A stretch of 62,412 nt of DNA, counting the filler. It is 4 parts of 4 records of this genome, joined end to end, with 100 filler letters (N's around TTAATTAATTAA, not from the genome) between each part and the next. Parts side by side here need not be neighbours in the genome. Positions count along the whole stretch, not along the records: positions 17,709 to 38,471 come from DRR723986_5071; positions 38,572 to 56,995 come from DRR723986_5074; 2 more parts are not named here. One strand, given 5' to 3'. Each line of letters opens with the position of its first letter. The first letter of the stretch is position 1. The position numbers were made by a program, and so were the translations under genes. The notes under the pieces are model-generated. The model was not told where the DNA came from, searched no databases, and was given only the letters and a program-made list of their open reading frames with translations. Of the stretch, positions 32,207 through 40,930 are shown piece by piece.

Positions 32207-33019
32207 ATGAGCGACGCAGAAGAGATCCGCCATTGGTGGCGCACTTCCATCATCGACATGGAACCCGGCAAGATCGCCTTTCGCGGTCATCCGATCCAAG
32301 AGCTGATCGGCGCGGTCAGTTTTCCGCAGATGATCTGGCTGATGGTCCGTGGCGATCTGCCCTCGAAACAACAAGCGGCGCTGTTTGAATGCGCGCTTGT
32401 GGCTGGCGTCGATCACGGCCCGCAAGCCCCGTCCATCGCGGCGGCGCGCATGGCGGCGACTTGTGGTGTGGGGCTGAACAACGTGATGGCCACGGGCGTC
32501 AACATGCTGGGTGATGTGCATGGTGGCGCGGGTGAACAATGCGCTGAACTGTACTATGACATCGCCGCCCGGATGGATGATGGCGTGCCTCTTGATCAGG
32601 CGGTGCGCGACGGGCTGGACGCGTGGCGGGCGGAATACGGCAAGATCGTCTCGGGCTTTGGCCACCGCTTTCACAAACCGGTCGATCCGCGCGCGCCCCG
32701 GCTGATGGGTCTTGTCCGGGACGCAGCCCGCGACGGCACGGTAGCGGGTCGGTTCGCGACCATCGGCGAGGCCGTTCAGGACGAACTTGGGCGCCAGCGC
32801 GGCGGACGGCCGATCGCGATGAATATCGACGGGGCCACGGCGGTGATCTTCTGCGAGCTTGGCTTCCCCCCACCCCTGTCACGCGGGCTGTTCTGCCTGT
32901 CGCGGTCCGTCGGTGTGCTGGCCCATGGCTGGGAACAGATGCAGCAGGGTGGCCGCAACAAGGGCCCGATGCCGCCGAAATATCTGCCCGAATACGAGCC
33001 CAAGGGCGACCCCAGCTAA
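32207..33019 (+). CDS. Citryl-CoA lyase (citrate synthase-like family)
   Basis: 270 aa; WRTSI, DHG, VHGGAG, GFGHRFH, DPR, NID, LSR. Confidence 0.85.
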   Translation: MSDAEEIRHWWRTSIIDMEPGKIAFRGHPIQELIGAVSFPQMIWLMVRGDLPSKQQAALFECALVAGVDHGPQAPSIAAARMAATCGVGLNNVMATGVNMLGDVHGGAGEQCAELYYDIAARMDDGVPLDQAVRDGLDAWRAEYGKIVSGFGHRFHKPVDPRAPRLMGLVRDAARDGTVAGRFATIGEAVQDELGRQRGGRPIAMNIDGATAVIFCELGFPPPLSRGLFCLSRSVGVLAHGWEQMQQGGRNKGPMPPKYLPEYEPKGDPS

Positions 33020-33258
33020 CCGCCCAAGGCCTCTCAGATAGACCTGGTTGCCAGATGACAGCCGCGCCATCGCCCGCGCGCTGTCTTTGGCCCGTTGTTC
33101 AGTTTAGCGCCGTTTCCCGCCACGTATGCCGTATGAGCTGTCAATCAGGCTCACACGACGCGTGAGATATGAGTGATCCATGCCCTGCAAAACACTCTTA
33201 TTTCGGGAAAATCCCGAAGCGAAGCTCTTGGGTTTCTCAAAATGATTGATGAATCCAT

Positions 33259-33284
33259 AAATATCATATATTTTTGCTTTCATC
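33259..33284 (+). promoter_or_regulatory. Second copy of the candidate operator/-35 element
   Basis: AAATATCATATATTTTTGCTTTCATC matches 25139-25164 at 24 of 26 positions. Confidence 0.65.
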
Positions 33285-33327
33285 ACATATATACAAATCT
33301 GTATCATGATTCTGCGGAGCTTTCGCG

Positions 33328-34251
33328 ATGGCGAAGACCGATGACCCCCATCTGCACCAGCCGCTCTATTCGCTGGCCCATCTGACGCTGATCGACTGTT
33401 CAGCACCCGAGTTGATCTATATCGCGGCCCGCGCCGGCTATGACGCGGTCAGTCCCCGCTTCATCCCAATGCATGTGCCCGGAGAATTCGCGAACCGCCC
33501 GGACGACAAGCCGTTAGTCGCGGCCACCAAGATGGCGTTGAAGACGACGGGGCTGACCGTTCTGGACATGGAACTGGCCCGGATCACCGAGGATTGCGAT
33601 CCGAAAAGCTTTGAACCCTCGTTGGAACTGGGGGGCGAACTGGGCGCAAAGCGCCTGATCATGAGCGCCTGGACAAACGACCGGAACGACCGGAATTTCC
33701 TTGTCGATTGCTATGGCGAGACCTGTGACATCGCCGCCCAATACGGGCTGACCGTCGATCTGGAATTTCCCTCCTTTTCCCGGCTGAGAACATTGGACGA
33801 AGCGCTCGATATCGTGCGCGCGGCCGATCGGCCCAATGGCGGCATCCTTGTCGATACGCTCTACCTGCATCTCAGCCGCGTCGATATCGGCGAGCTTCTG
33901 CATGTGCCAAGCGAGCTGCTGCATTTCCTCCACATCTCTGACTGTCTGCCCGGCATCGCCGACACCCGCGCGGGGATGATCCAATTGGCCCGCGACGCGC
34001 GGCTTTACCCCGGCGAGGGCTGGATCGACTTCACCGGCATCATCGAGCGGATGCCGCCGGTCGATTACTCCATCGAACTGCCCAATCAGAGCCGCGTGGC
34101 CGAGCTTGGTCTCGAAGAACACGCCCGCCGCTGCCTGATCCAGGCAAAACGCACCTTCGGGGCGGCGCGATCCAAGCGCCTGCACCCCGATCCTGTTCCG
34201 GCGCAAGCCAACACACTCAATGAGGGCCAACATGGGCAAAGACCTAACTGA
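33328..34251 (+). CDS. Sugar-phosphate isomerase/epimerase (IolE/xylose-isomerase-like TIM barrel)
   Basis: SLAHLT, VDLEFP, LVDTL, LHISD, RLYPGEG, SIELP. Confidence 0.88.
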   Translation: MAKTDDPHLHQPLYSLAHLTLIDCSAPELIYIAARAGYDAVSPRFIPMHVPGEFANRPDDKPLVAATKMALKTTGLTVLDMELARITEDCDPKSFEPSLELGGELGAKRLIMSAWTNDRNDRNFLVDCYGETCDIAAQYGLTVDLEFPSFSRLRTLDEALDIVRAADRPNGGILVDTLYLHLSRVDIGELLHVPSELLHFLHISDCLPGIADTRAGMIQLARDARLYPGEGWIDFTGIIERMPPVDYSIELPNQSRVAELGLEEHARRCLIQAKRTFGAARSKRLHPDPVPAQANTLNEGQHGQRPN

Positions 34252-35641
34252 AGACGATCGCCAACTTGTTGCCGACATGCTTGCGCGGGCCCGTGCAGCG
34301 ATGGCAGAGATCGAAGACTGGAGCCAGACCGATCTGGACCGTCTCAGCCAAGCGATTGCATGGTATGCGGGCAATGAGGCCACATTCACCCGGCTGGCAC
34401 AGCAGGGCGTGGATGAAAGCGGGATTGGCGACCGGGATGGCCGCCCCGCCAAGCGCTTCAAGATCCACATGGTGCTGCGCGACGTGCTGCGCACGCCTTC
34501 GACCGGTGTGGTCGAGGTCGACGAAATGCGTGGGCTGGTGAAATACGCCAAACCCGCCGGGGTGATCGCCTCGCTTATCCCGATGACCAACCCGGCGATG
34601 ACCCCGCCAGTAACCGGCGTATCCGCCGCCAATGCGCGCAATGCCGTCATTTTCAGCCCCCACCCGCGCACCGCGCAGACAACATATGAAATGGTCGAGG
34701 TGATGCGCGCGGCCTGCCGGGCCGTGGGCGCACCCGAGGATCTGTTCCAGTCGATCCGCAAGCCCTCCATCCCCATGACGCAGCACCTGATGGAAGTCTG
34801 CGACCTGACCCTTGCCACCGGCGGCAAACCAATGGTGAAGGCCGCCTATTCCTCTGGCCGTCCGGCCTATGGCGTGGGGGCGGGGAATTCATCCATCGTT
34901 ATCGACGACACGGCGGATATCGAGATTGCGGCTGCGAATACGCGGATATCCAAGACCTCCGACTTTGGATCCGGCTGTTCGGCGGATGGCAACATCATCA
35001 TCCAGCGCTCGATCTATGACGCGATGGTCAAGGCGTTGCAGGCCGAGGGCGGCTATCTGTGCAGCACAGAAGAAAAGGCGATGCTGGAGGCCGCCATGTG
35101 GGACGAAAAGGGCAACCGCACCTTCCCCACAATCGCCTGCCGTCCGCAGCAGACCGCCGAGGTGGCGGGGTTCACAATCCCTGAGGATCGCAAGTTCCTG
35201 ATGGTCGAAAACCAGGGCCAGATCGGGCCGGAGCACAAGTTCAGCAAGGAAAAGCTCACCACCCTGATGGCGCTTTACCATTTCGAAACCTTCGATGACG
35301 CTCTGGAAACGGTCCGCCAGATCTACGACACAGGCGGCAAGGGCCATTCTTGCGGCATCTACAGCCACAATGATGAAAATATCGACCGGCTGGCCCGTCT
35401 GGCCCCGGTCAGCCGCATGATGGTGCGCCAACCCCAGTCCAAGGCCAATGCGGGTGCGTGGACCAACGGGATGCCGATGACCTCCAGCCTTGGGTGCGGG
35501 ATCTGGGGCGGCAACATCACCAATGAGAACGTCACAATGAAACACATGATGAACTACACCTGGGTCAGCCGCCCGATCCCCGAGGATCGCCCCTCTGAAG
35601 AGGAGCTGTTCGGTGAGTTCTTCGGACAGGAGGTGGCGTGA
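34232..35641 (+). CDS. CoA-acylating aldehyde dehydrogenase (SauS/SucD/AdhE-N-like)
   Basis: PMTNP, ATGG, GVGAGN, SKTSDFGSGCS, EKL, GHS, LGCGIWGGN. Confidence 0.88.
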   Translation: MGKDLTEDDRQLVADMLARARAAMAEIEDWSQTDLDRLSQAIAWYAGNEATFTRLAQQGVDESGIGDRDGRPAKRFKIHMVLRDVLRTPSTGVVEVDEMRGLVKYAKPAGVIASLIPMTNPAMTPPVTGVSAANARNAVIFSPHPRTAQTTYEMVEVMRAACRAVGAPEDLFQSIRKPSIPMTQHLMEVCDLTLATGGKPMVKAAYSSGRPAYGVGAGNSSIVIDDTADIEIAAANTRISKTSDFGSGCSADGNIIIQRSIYDAMVKALQAEGGYLCSTEEKAMLEAAMWDEKGNRTFPTIACRPQQTAEVAGFTIPEDRKFLMVENQGQIGPEHKFSKEKLTTLMALYHFETFDDALETVRQIYDTGGKGHSCGIYSHNDENIDRLARLAPVSRMMVRQPQSKANAGAWTNGMPMTSSLGCGIWGGNITNENVTMKHMMNYTWVSRPIPEDRPSEEELFGEFFGQEVA

Positions 35642-37422
35642 TGGACGGCGCAGCAGTGCAGGACAAAACCGTCGCGGAACATATCGTCGAATTCCTCGAA
35701 CGACGCGAGGTGCGCCATGTGTTCGGCCTGTGCGGTCACACCAATATTGCGGTGCTGGCGGCGCTGGCAGACAGCCCCATCGACTTCGTCACCGTGCGCC
35801 ACGAACAGATCGCCAGCCACGCGGCGGATGCCTATGCGAGGGTGACCGGCAAGACCTCGGTGGTGCTGTCGCACCTGTCGCCGGGGTTGACCAACTGCGC
35901 CACCGGGGTCGCCAATGCGGCGCTTGATTGCATTCCAATGGTGGTGATCGCAGGCGATATCCCGACGCATTACTACGGCAAGCACCCGCATCAGGAGGTC
36001 AACCTGCACGCAGACGCCGCCCAGTGGGAGATCTACCGCCCCTTCGTCAAACGCGCTTGGCGTGTTGACCGCGCCGACCTGATGGCGGAGATCCTTGAAA
36101 AGGCGTTTCATCTGGCCGAAAGCGGCCAGCCCGGCCCGGTGCTGGTCAACGTCCCGATGGACATCTTCAGCCAGCGCATCCCGGCAGACAGTTTCGAGCG
36201 GATCAGGGACAACACCCGCGCTCTGGTGAAGCCCTCGCTCGACGATGAAACAGCGCGCCAGATCGTTGAACGGTTGGCCAAGGCCGAGAGCCCCGTGGCC
36301 TATGTGGGCGGCGGCATCCTGTTGGCAAAAGCGTCGGAAGAGTTGCGCGCGTTCGTGGACCATATGGGCCTGCCCGTGGCGCATAGCCTGATGGGCAAGG
36401 GCGCGTTGCGCGATGATCACCCGCTGGTCATGGGCATGACGGGGTTCTGGGGAACGAAGCTGGTCAACCAATCCTGTCTGAATGCCGATTATGTCTTTGC
36501 CGTAGGCACACGCTTCAAGGAGGCCGACTGTTCCAGCTGGTATCCCGGCTATACCTTCAACATCCCCGGATCGAAGGTCATCCATATCGACATCGAACCG
36601 CAGGAAATCGGCCGCAACTACCCGACCGAGATCGGCGTTGTGGCGGATGCCAAGGCGGCGCTTCGCGTCCTGACCCGGGTTGCGAAAGAGATGTATCCGG
36701 ATGGGTTCGACCGCTCGGAAAAGAAGACAGAGATTGCCGATTTCCGCACCGCTTTCAGAGCATCAAACGCAGAGATGCAAAGCTCGCCCGCCTTCCCGAT
36801 GATGCCCGAGCGCATCCTGGCCGACACCCGCAAGGCGCTGCCGGAGGACGCGATTATCACCACCGATGTGGGTTGGAACAAGAACGGCGTGGGCCAGCAG
36901 TTCGATATTCTCACTCCGGGGTCAATCCTGACACCGGGCGGCTTTGCCACCATGGGCTTTGGCCCTCCGGCTGCCATTGGCGCCAAGCTCGCCGCGCCGG
37001 ACCGCGTGGTTCTCAGCCTCGTGGGCGATGGCGGGTTCGGGCAGAACCCGTCGATGCTGGCCACGGCGGTCGAGCTTGATCTGGGCATCATCTGGCTGGT
37101 GATGAACAACAACGCCTTTGGCACCATTGCCGGTCTGCAAAAGGCCCATTACGGGCTGACCTATGGCACCACCTTCCCCGGCACCGCAGCCGCGCCCACC
37201 AATGGGCCGGGCTATGCCGAGATTGCACGGGCCTACGGCGCGGAAGGGGTTCGGGTCAGCTCCGCCGATGAGCTGTTGCCGGCATTGCAGGCCGCCATTG
37301 CCAGCGGCAAACCGACGGTTCTGGATGTGGCGATGATCAACAATCCGACACCCACGACCGGGCATTGGAACATCCTAGATATCTATTCACCGGATAAGGA
37401 TGTCAGCCACGTGTCCACCTGA
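35638..37422 (+). CDS. ThDP-dependent enzyme (acetolactate synthase-like fold), substrate unknown
   Basis: VFGLCGH, RHEQ, TDVG, MGFG, GDGG...MNNN ThDP motif. Confidence 0.9.
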   Translation: MMDGAAVQDKTVAEHIVEFLERREVRHVFGLCGHTNIAVLAALADSPIDFVTVRHEQIASHAADAYARVTGKTSVVLSHLSPGLTNCATGVANAALDCIPMVVIAGDIPTHYYGKHPHQEVNLHADAAQWEIYRPFVKRAWRVDRADLMAEILEKAFHLAESGQPGPVLVNVPMDIFSQRIPADSFERIRDNTRALVKPSLDDETARQIVERLAKAESPVAYVGGGILLAKASEELRAFVDHMGLPVAHSLMGKGALRDDHPLVMGMTGFWGTKLVNQSCLNADYVFAVGTRFKEADCSSWYPGYTFNIPGSKVIHIDIEPQEIGRNYPTEIGVVADAKAALRVLTRVAKEMYPDGFDRSEKKTEIADFRTAFRASNAEMQSSPAFPMMPERILADTRKALPEDAIITTDVGWNKNGVGQQFDILTPGSILTPGGFATMGFGPPAAIGAKLAAPDRVVLSLVGDGGFGQNPSMLATAVELDLGIIWLVMNNNAFGTIAGLQKAHYGLTYGTTFPGTAAAPTNGPGYAEIARAYGAEGVRVSSADELLPALQAAIASGKPTVLDVAMINNPTPTTGHWNILDIYSPDKDVSHVST

Positions 37423-37452
37423 CGGCACGGGCCGCATCGCAGATAACGGGCA

Positions 37453-37475
37453 CCTCCCCCACCTTTCGGGGGAGG
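37453..37475. terminator. Hairpin between convergent operons
   Basis: CCTCCCCC-N7-GGGGGAGG, no clear U-tract. Confidence 0.5.
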
Positions 37476-37482
37476 ATCGCGT

Positions 37483-37929
37483 TCAGGGCTTGGCTGTCAG
37501 CATCTCGCACAAATGGCGCACGGCCAGCGTATAGCCATTGACGCCAAATCCCATCAGAACCGCATCCGCCCGCAAGCCAACATAAGACGTGTGGCGAAAG
37601 CTCTCGCGTTTGTGGATCTGGCTGACATGGACCTCGACCACAGGGCCATCAAAAGTGTTGAGTGCATCCAGAATGGCAATCGAGGTATGGGTGTAGGCCC
37701 CGGCATTCAGCACAATCGCGGCAGCTTTTTCACGCGCCTCGTGAATCCAGTCGACTAGTTGACCTTCATGGTTCGACTGCATCTGCACAACCGCAACCCC
37801 AAAGCTTTCCGCCTCGGCCGCGCAATTGCGTTCCACATCCGCCAAGGTGTCATGGCCGTAAAGCTCCGGCTGACGCTGGCCCAGAAGGTTAAGGTTCGGG
37901 CCGTTCAGGATGTAGATAGTCTGGCTCAT
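37483..37929 (-). CDS. aroQ: Type II 3-dehydroquinate dehydratase
   Basis: [43 protein letters not shown] 37929. Confidence 0.96.
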   Translation of the reverse strand: MSQTIYILNGPNLNLLGQRQPELYGHDTLADVERNCAAEAESFGVAVVQMQSNHEGQLVDWIHEAREKAAAIVLNAGAYTHTSIAILDALNTFDGPVVEVHVSQIHKRESFRHTSYVGLRADAVLMGFGVNGYTLAVRHLCEMLTAKP

Positions 37930-38018
37930 ATCGGGTCTTTCCGGGGCATGAGGGGCGGCGTTCGCCATCTAATGGCAGCGAAACCGCGCTGTATCAAGCT
38001 TTTGCACCCTGCCCCGAC

Positions 38019-38396
38019 CTAGAACGAGGCTTCTTCCTCATACTTCGCCAGCTCTTCTTCAAGGATCGGGGTGGACATGGTCATGGCGTGGATTCCCATG
38101 ATGGTCGTCAGCTGGATCACTTCCATGATCTCATCGCGCGTGGCACCTGCGCGCAAGGCATTCTGGATATGGCGCCGCACGCCCGGTGCCCAAAGATGCG
38201 TGGTCGCCGCGTTGATCGCGATAAAGATCAGCTCCTTGTATTTCTGCTCCAGCGGTCCGTGGTTCTGCGGCACCGATCTGAAATGCAGAAAGCCCTCCAG
38301 ATATTCCGGGTCCATCTCGGCCATCTTGTCCCAGACCGGGTTCCAGTCATCGGATTGCCGCTGCGCTTCGGTATAGGGATACGTTTTGTCGGTCAT
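38019..38396 (-). CDS. Carboxymuconolactone decarboxylase/AhpD-like (CMD) family protein
   Basis: KYKELIFIA, HIQNALRAGATRDEIMEV; no CxxC. Confidence 0.82.
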   Translation of the reverse strand: MTDKTYPYTEAQRQSDDWNPVWDKMAEMDPEYLEGFLHFRSVPQNHGPLEQKYKELIFIAINAATTHLWAPGVRRHIQNALRAGATRDEIMEVIQLTTIMGIHAMTMSTPILEEELAKYEEEASF

Positions 38397-38404
38397 GGTC
38401 TTTC

Positions 38405-38470
38405 TCAGTCCTCTGGGGCTCGAGCGTCGCGTATGACGGTCACGCGGTTCATGCAGCGATAGGCGGGAAG
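38405..38470 (-). CDS. Possible C-terminal tail of an unidentified gene cut by the gap
   Basis: Open frame LPAYRCMNRVTVIRDARAPED* ends 8 bp before the CMD start. Confidence 0.35.
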   Translation of the reverse strand, partial: LPAYRCMNRVTVIRDARAPED

Positions 38471-38471
38471 G

Positions 38472-38571
38472 NNNNNNNNNNNNNNNNNNNNNNNNNNNNN
38501 NNNNNNNNNNNNNNNTTAATTAATTAANNNNNNNNNNNNNNNNNNNNNNNNNNNNNNNNNNNNNNNNNNNN
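38472..38571. other. Artificial contig linker
   Basis: N44-TTAATTAATTAA-N44. Confidence 0.98.
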
Positions 38572-39519
38572 GCGCGGGGTGGTCTGGTAGTGCCACTTGA
38601 TGTCACCTGTTGTGGGGTCGATCCCGATGCGGCTGGCCGCGTACAGGTTGTCACCCGCATTGCCATCAACGGGCGTACCTGCGTTGCGCAGGTGGCTGTT
38701 CCACGGGGCAGGGTTCCCGGCGCCAAATACCAGCGTATCGGTATCTGCATCATAGGAACCGCCAAGCCACGTCGCACCGCCGCCGGTTTTCCACATGTCA
38801 CCGGGCCACGTCGCGTTCAGCTCGCCGGTCATGGTGCTTTCTTCGCCGTTCAAAGTGCCCATGTGACCTTCGATTACGGGACGGGTCCAAACCATTTCAC
38901 CGGTTTCCGCATCCCGGGCCTGAACCTCGCCTACGATCCCGAATTCACCGCCAGAGTTGCCGGTGATGACCAAGCCGTTCACGATCAGGGGGGCGGCGGT
39001 ATAGGAATAGCCCGCTTTATAGTCAGCAATTTTCTTTCGCCATTTGACGTCGCCGGTTTTCAGATCCAGCGCAACAATGCGCGCGTCCAATGTTCCGAAA
39101 AAGAACGTGTCGCCATAGATTGCGCCGCCCCGATTGATGACGTCACAGCAGGGGAGAATGCCCTCGGGCAGGCGGGCATCGTACTGCCACAGCTCTTTGC
39201 CAGATTTGACATCAATCGCGTAAACGCGGCTGTATGACCCGGTGATATACATCACGCCGTCATAAATCAGCGGTTGTGTTTCCTGGCCACGTTGCTTTTC
39301 CCCACCGAGTGAGAACGCCCATGCAGGGACCAGATTTTTGACGTTGTCTTTGTTGAGGGTGTCCAGCGGGCTGTACCGCTGTAGGTGGCGCCCCATGCCG
39401 TTGGTGACAATCTGTGTGGTGATAGATTGATCGTTTTTCAAATCGTCTTCGGTGACGCCAGCATGGCCTGGACCCGCCAGCATCAAACCCGCGACAACCG
39501 CTGTGATAAACCGGTTCAT
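38572..39519 (-). CDS. PQQ-dependent alcohol dehydrogenase, ExaF/PedH-like, 3'-truncated
   Basis: Signal peptide, [49 protein letters not shown] then gap. Confidence 0.92.
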
Positions 39520-39619
39520 AAGATTCCTCCCAAGTTTCTCCAATCGAGACCGGTGCCCTCTTAATACGTGCGGGTTGTCCGGCTGTGCATAGTATTGGCG
39601 AGCGAGGCCGTGACGGAAA

Positions 39620-39635
39620 TTGCACAAAGGTCGTA
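39620..39635. promoter_or_regulatory. 16-bp palindrome site 1 (upstream of PQQ-ADH)
   Basis: TTGCACAAAGGTCGTA vs consensus TACGACYWWRGTCGTA. Confidence 0.5.
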
Positions 39636-39746
39636 GATTTAAGCCTTTGATATGGCTTGGAACGGGTCAGAAACGCAAAAAAACCCGGTAACACAGGCTA
39701 CCGGGCTTACAGTTTTAGGGCGAACATTGACCCGCCCTCAGGGAGT

Positions 39747-40163
39747 TTAGTCAGAGATGGCGCTGCCATCGCGGTCAGTAATCGAGGCAAGGTAGCTCAG
39801 CACAAAGTCTTGGACTGTTGGGTCCTGAATGCCGACATGGCGCATTTTTGTGCCGGGCATAAAGCCATCGTTGTCTTCCATCCAGGCGCGCAGGGCTGCG
39901 GGGGTCCAGACAATGCCAGACGCGGCCAGGGCAATGGAAAAATCATAATCTGGGTAGGTCCCGGCAGCGCGGCCAACAATGTTTTTCAACGGGGGGCCAT
40001 AGCTGTCGTCGGTTGATCTGTCCGTATGGCAGCGCCGGCATTTGGCGTCATAGACGGCTTTGCCAGCGTCGACTTTGATCCGGTCATATATGCTTTCTTC
40101 GCTGGCACCTGCGGGCAGACCCGCCGAGAGTGCCAGACAGATGGCTGGGATGATCCGTTTCAT
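39747..40163 (-). CDS. Class I cytochrome c (c2-like)
   Basis: Signal peptide, CRRCH, YGPPL, MPGTKM; ATG 40163 after GGAGG. Confidence 0.92.
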   Translation of the reverse strand: MKRIIPAICLALSAGLPAGASEESIYDRIKVDAGKAVYDAKCRRCHTDRSTDDSYGPPLKNIVGRAAGTYPDYDFSIALAASGIVWTPAALRAWMEDNDGFMPGTKMRHVGIQDPTVQDFVLSYLASITDRDGSAISD

Positions 40164-40251
40164 GTGGTCCTCCGAGAATAAGATCACCCAGAGGATACAA
40201 TAAATGGGTCGCGAGTTCATTGAAATAATCAGTAATTACAATGTGTTCGGC

Positions 40252-40267
40252 CTATACTTTAGTCGTA
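40252..40267. promoter_or_regulatory. 16-bp palindrome site 2 (upstream of cytochrome c)
   Basis: CTATACTTTAGTCGTA. Confidence 0.45.
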
Positions 40268-40292
40268 AGTTTCACCTTGAGACTAGGGGAAT

Positions 40293-40874
40293 CTAGAACA
40301 AAGGTGCATATTTCCAATTATCAGCATCTGGGGTGACCTCGTCTGGATCATACCCCGCTGCTTGCAACCGCTTGGCAACTTTCAAGCCATCTGATGCCGC
40401 TTCGTCTATCAAGGCGCGGCCGCGGATCTCATCCCTGACCACACCATGTCCGCGCAACATGTTCAGGCCATAATTAAACTTGCCAACCGGGTCACCGGCT
40501 TCGGCGGCGCGCCGATCCCATTCGGCGGCGGCATCCGGGTTATAGGCCGCGCCCAACCCGTTGTTATCCATCTGCCCCATCCAGGTCATTGCGCCGGTCC
40601 AACCCGCGTTGGCGCAGCTTTCAAACAGCTTGCGTGCCATTTCATGACGTCCAGATTTGGTAATGTAATATCCGGCAGCGCAGGTGGTCATGTCTGTGAT
40701 GCCTTTGTCGAGATTGCTCATTACGTGGCCAAACCCGCTGTCTTGCGGGTTGAGCGTCCCATATTCATCCTCCACGGTGACCGTGTCTGCCATGGCTGGC
40801 AAAGTACCAAGTAGAACCAAAATTGCTGTTGCGCGTAATATAACGGATCCTCCTGTTGGCAAAGAAGATAGCAC
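40293..40874 (-). CDS. Exported Sel1-repeat protein
   Basis: Signal peptide; AAEWDRRAAEAGDPVGKFNYGLNMLRGHGV; start uncertain. Confidence 0.8.
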   Translation of the reverse strand: MLSSLPTGGSVILRATAILVLLGTLPAMADTVTVEDEYGTLNPQDSGFGHVMSNLDKGITDMTTCAAGYYITKSGRHEMARKLFESCANAGWTGAMTWMGQMDNNGLGAAYNPDAAAEWDRRAAEAGDPVGKFNYGLNMLRGHGVVRDEIRGRALIDEAASDGLKVAKRLQAAGYDPDEVTPDADNWKYAPLF

Positions 40875-40930
40875 AGGCAGGCAAGGTTTTCACCGGTGTC
40901 ATGGTCGTAGAGAGGTTTGCGAAGGTCACC

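Noticed and set aside
18374-36585. Long antisense or overlapping ORFs in contig 2 (e.g. 18374-19675, 19380-20669, 26288-27355, 30153-31277, 33514-34827, 35554-36585)
   Set aside because: Shadows of well-supported genes in high-GC DNA, with no recognisable motifs.
34232-37422. Taurine/sulfoacetate pathway (SauS plus Xsc)
   Set aside because: Fold similarity only; no sulfonate transport, sauT, pta or sulfite export genes, and the context is hydroaromatic. Not excluded without phylogeny.
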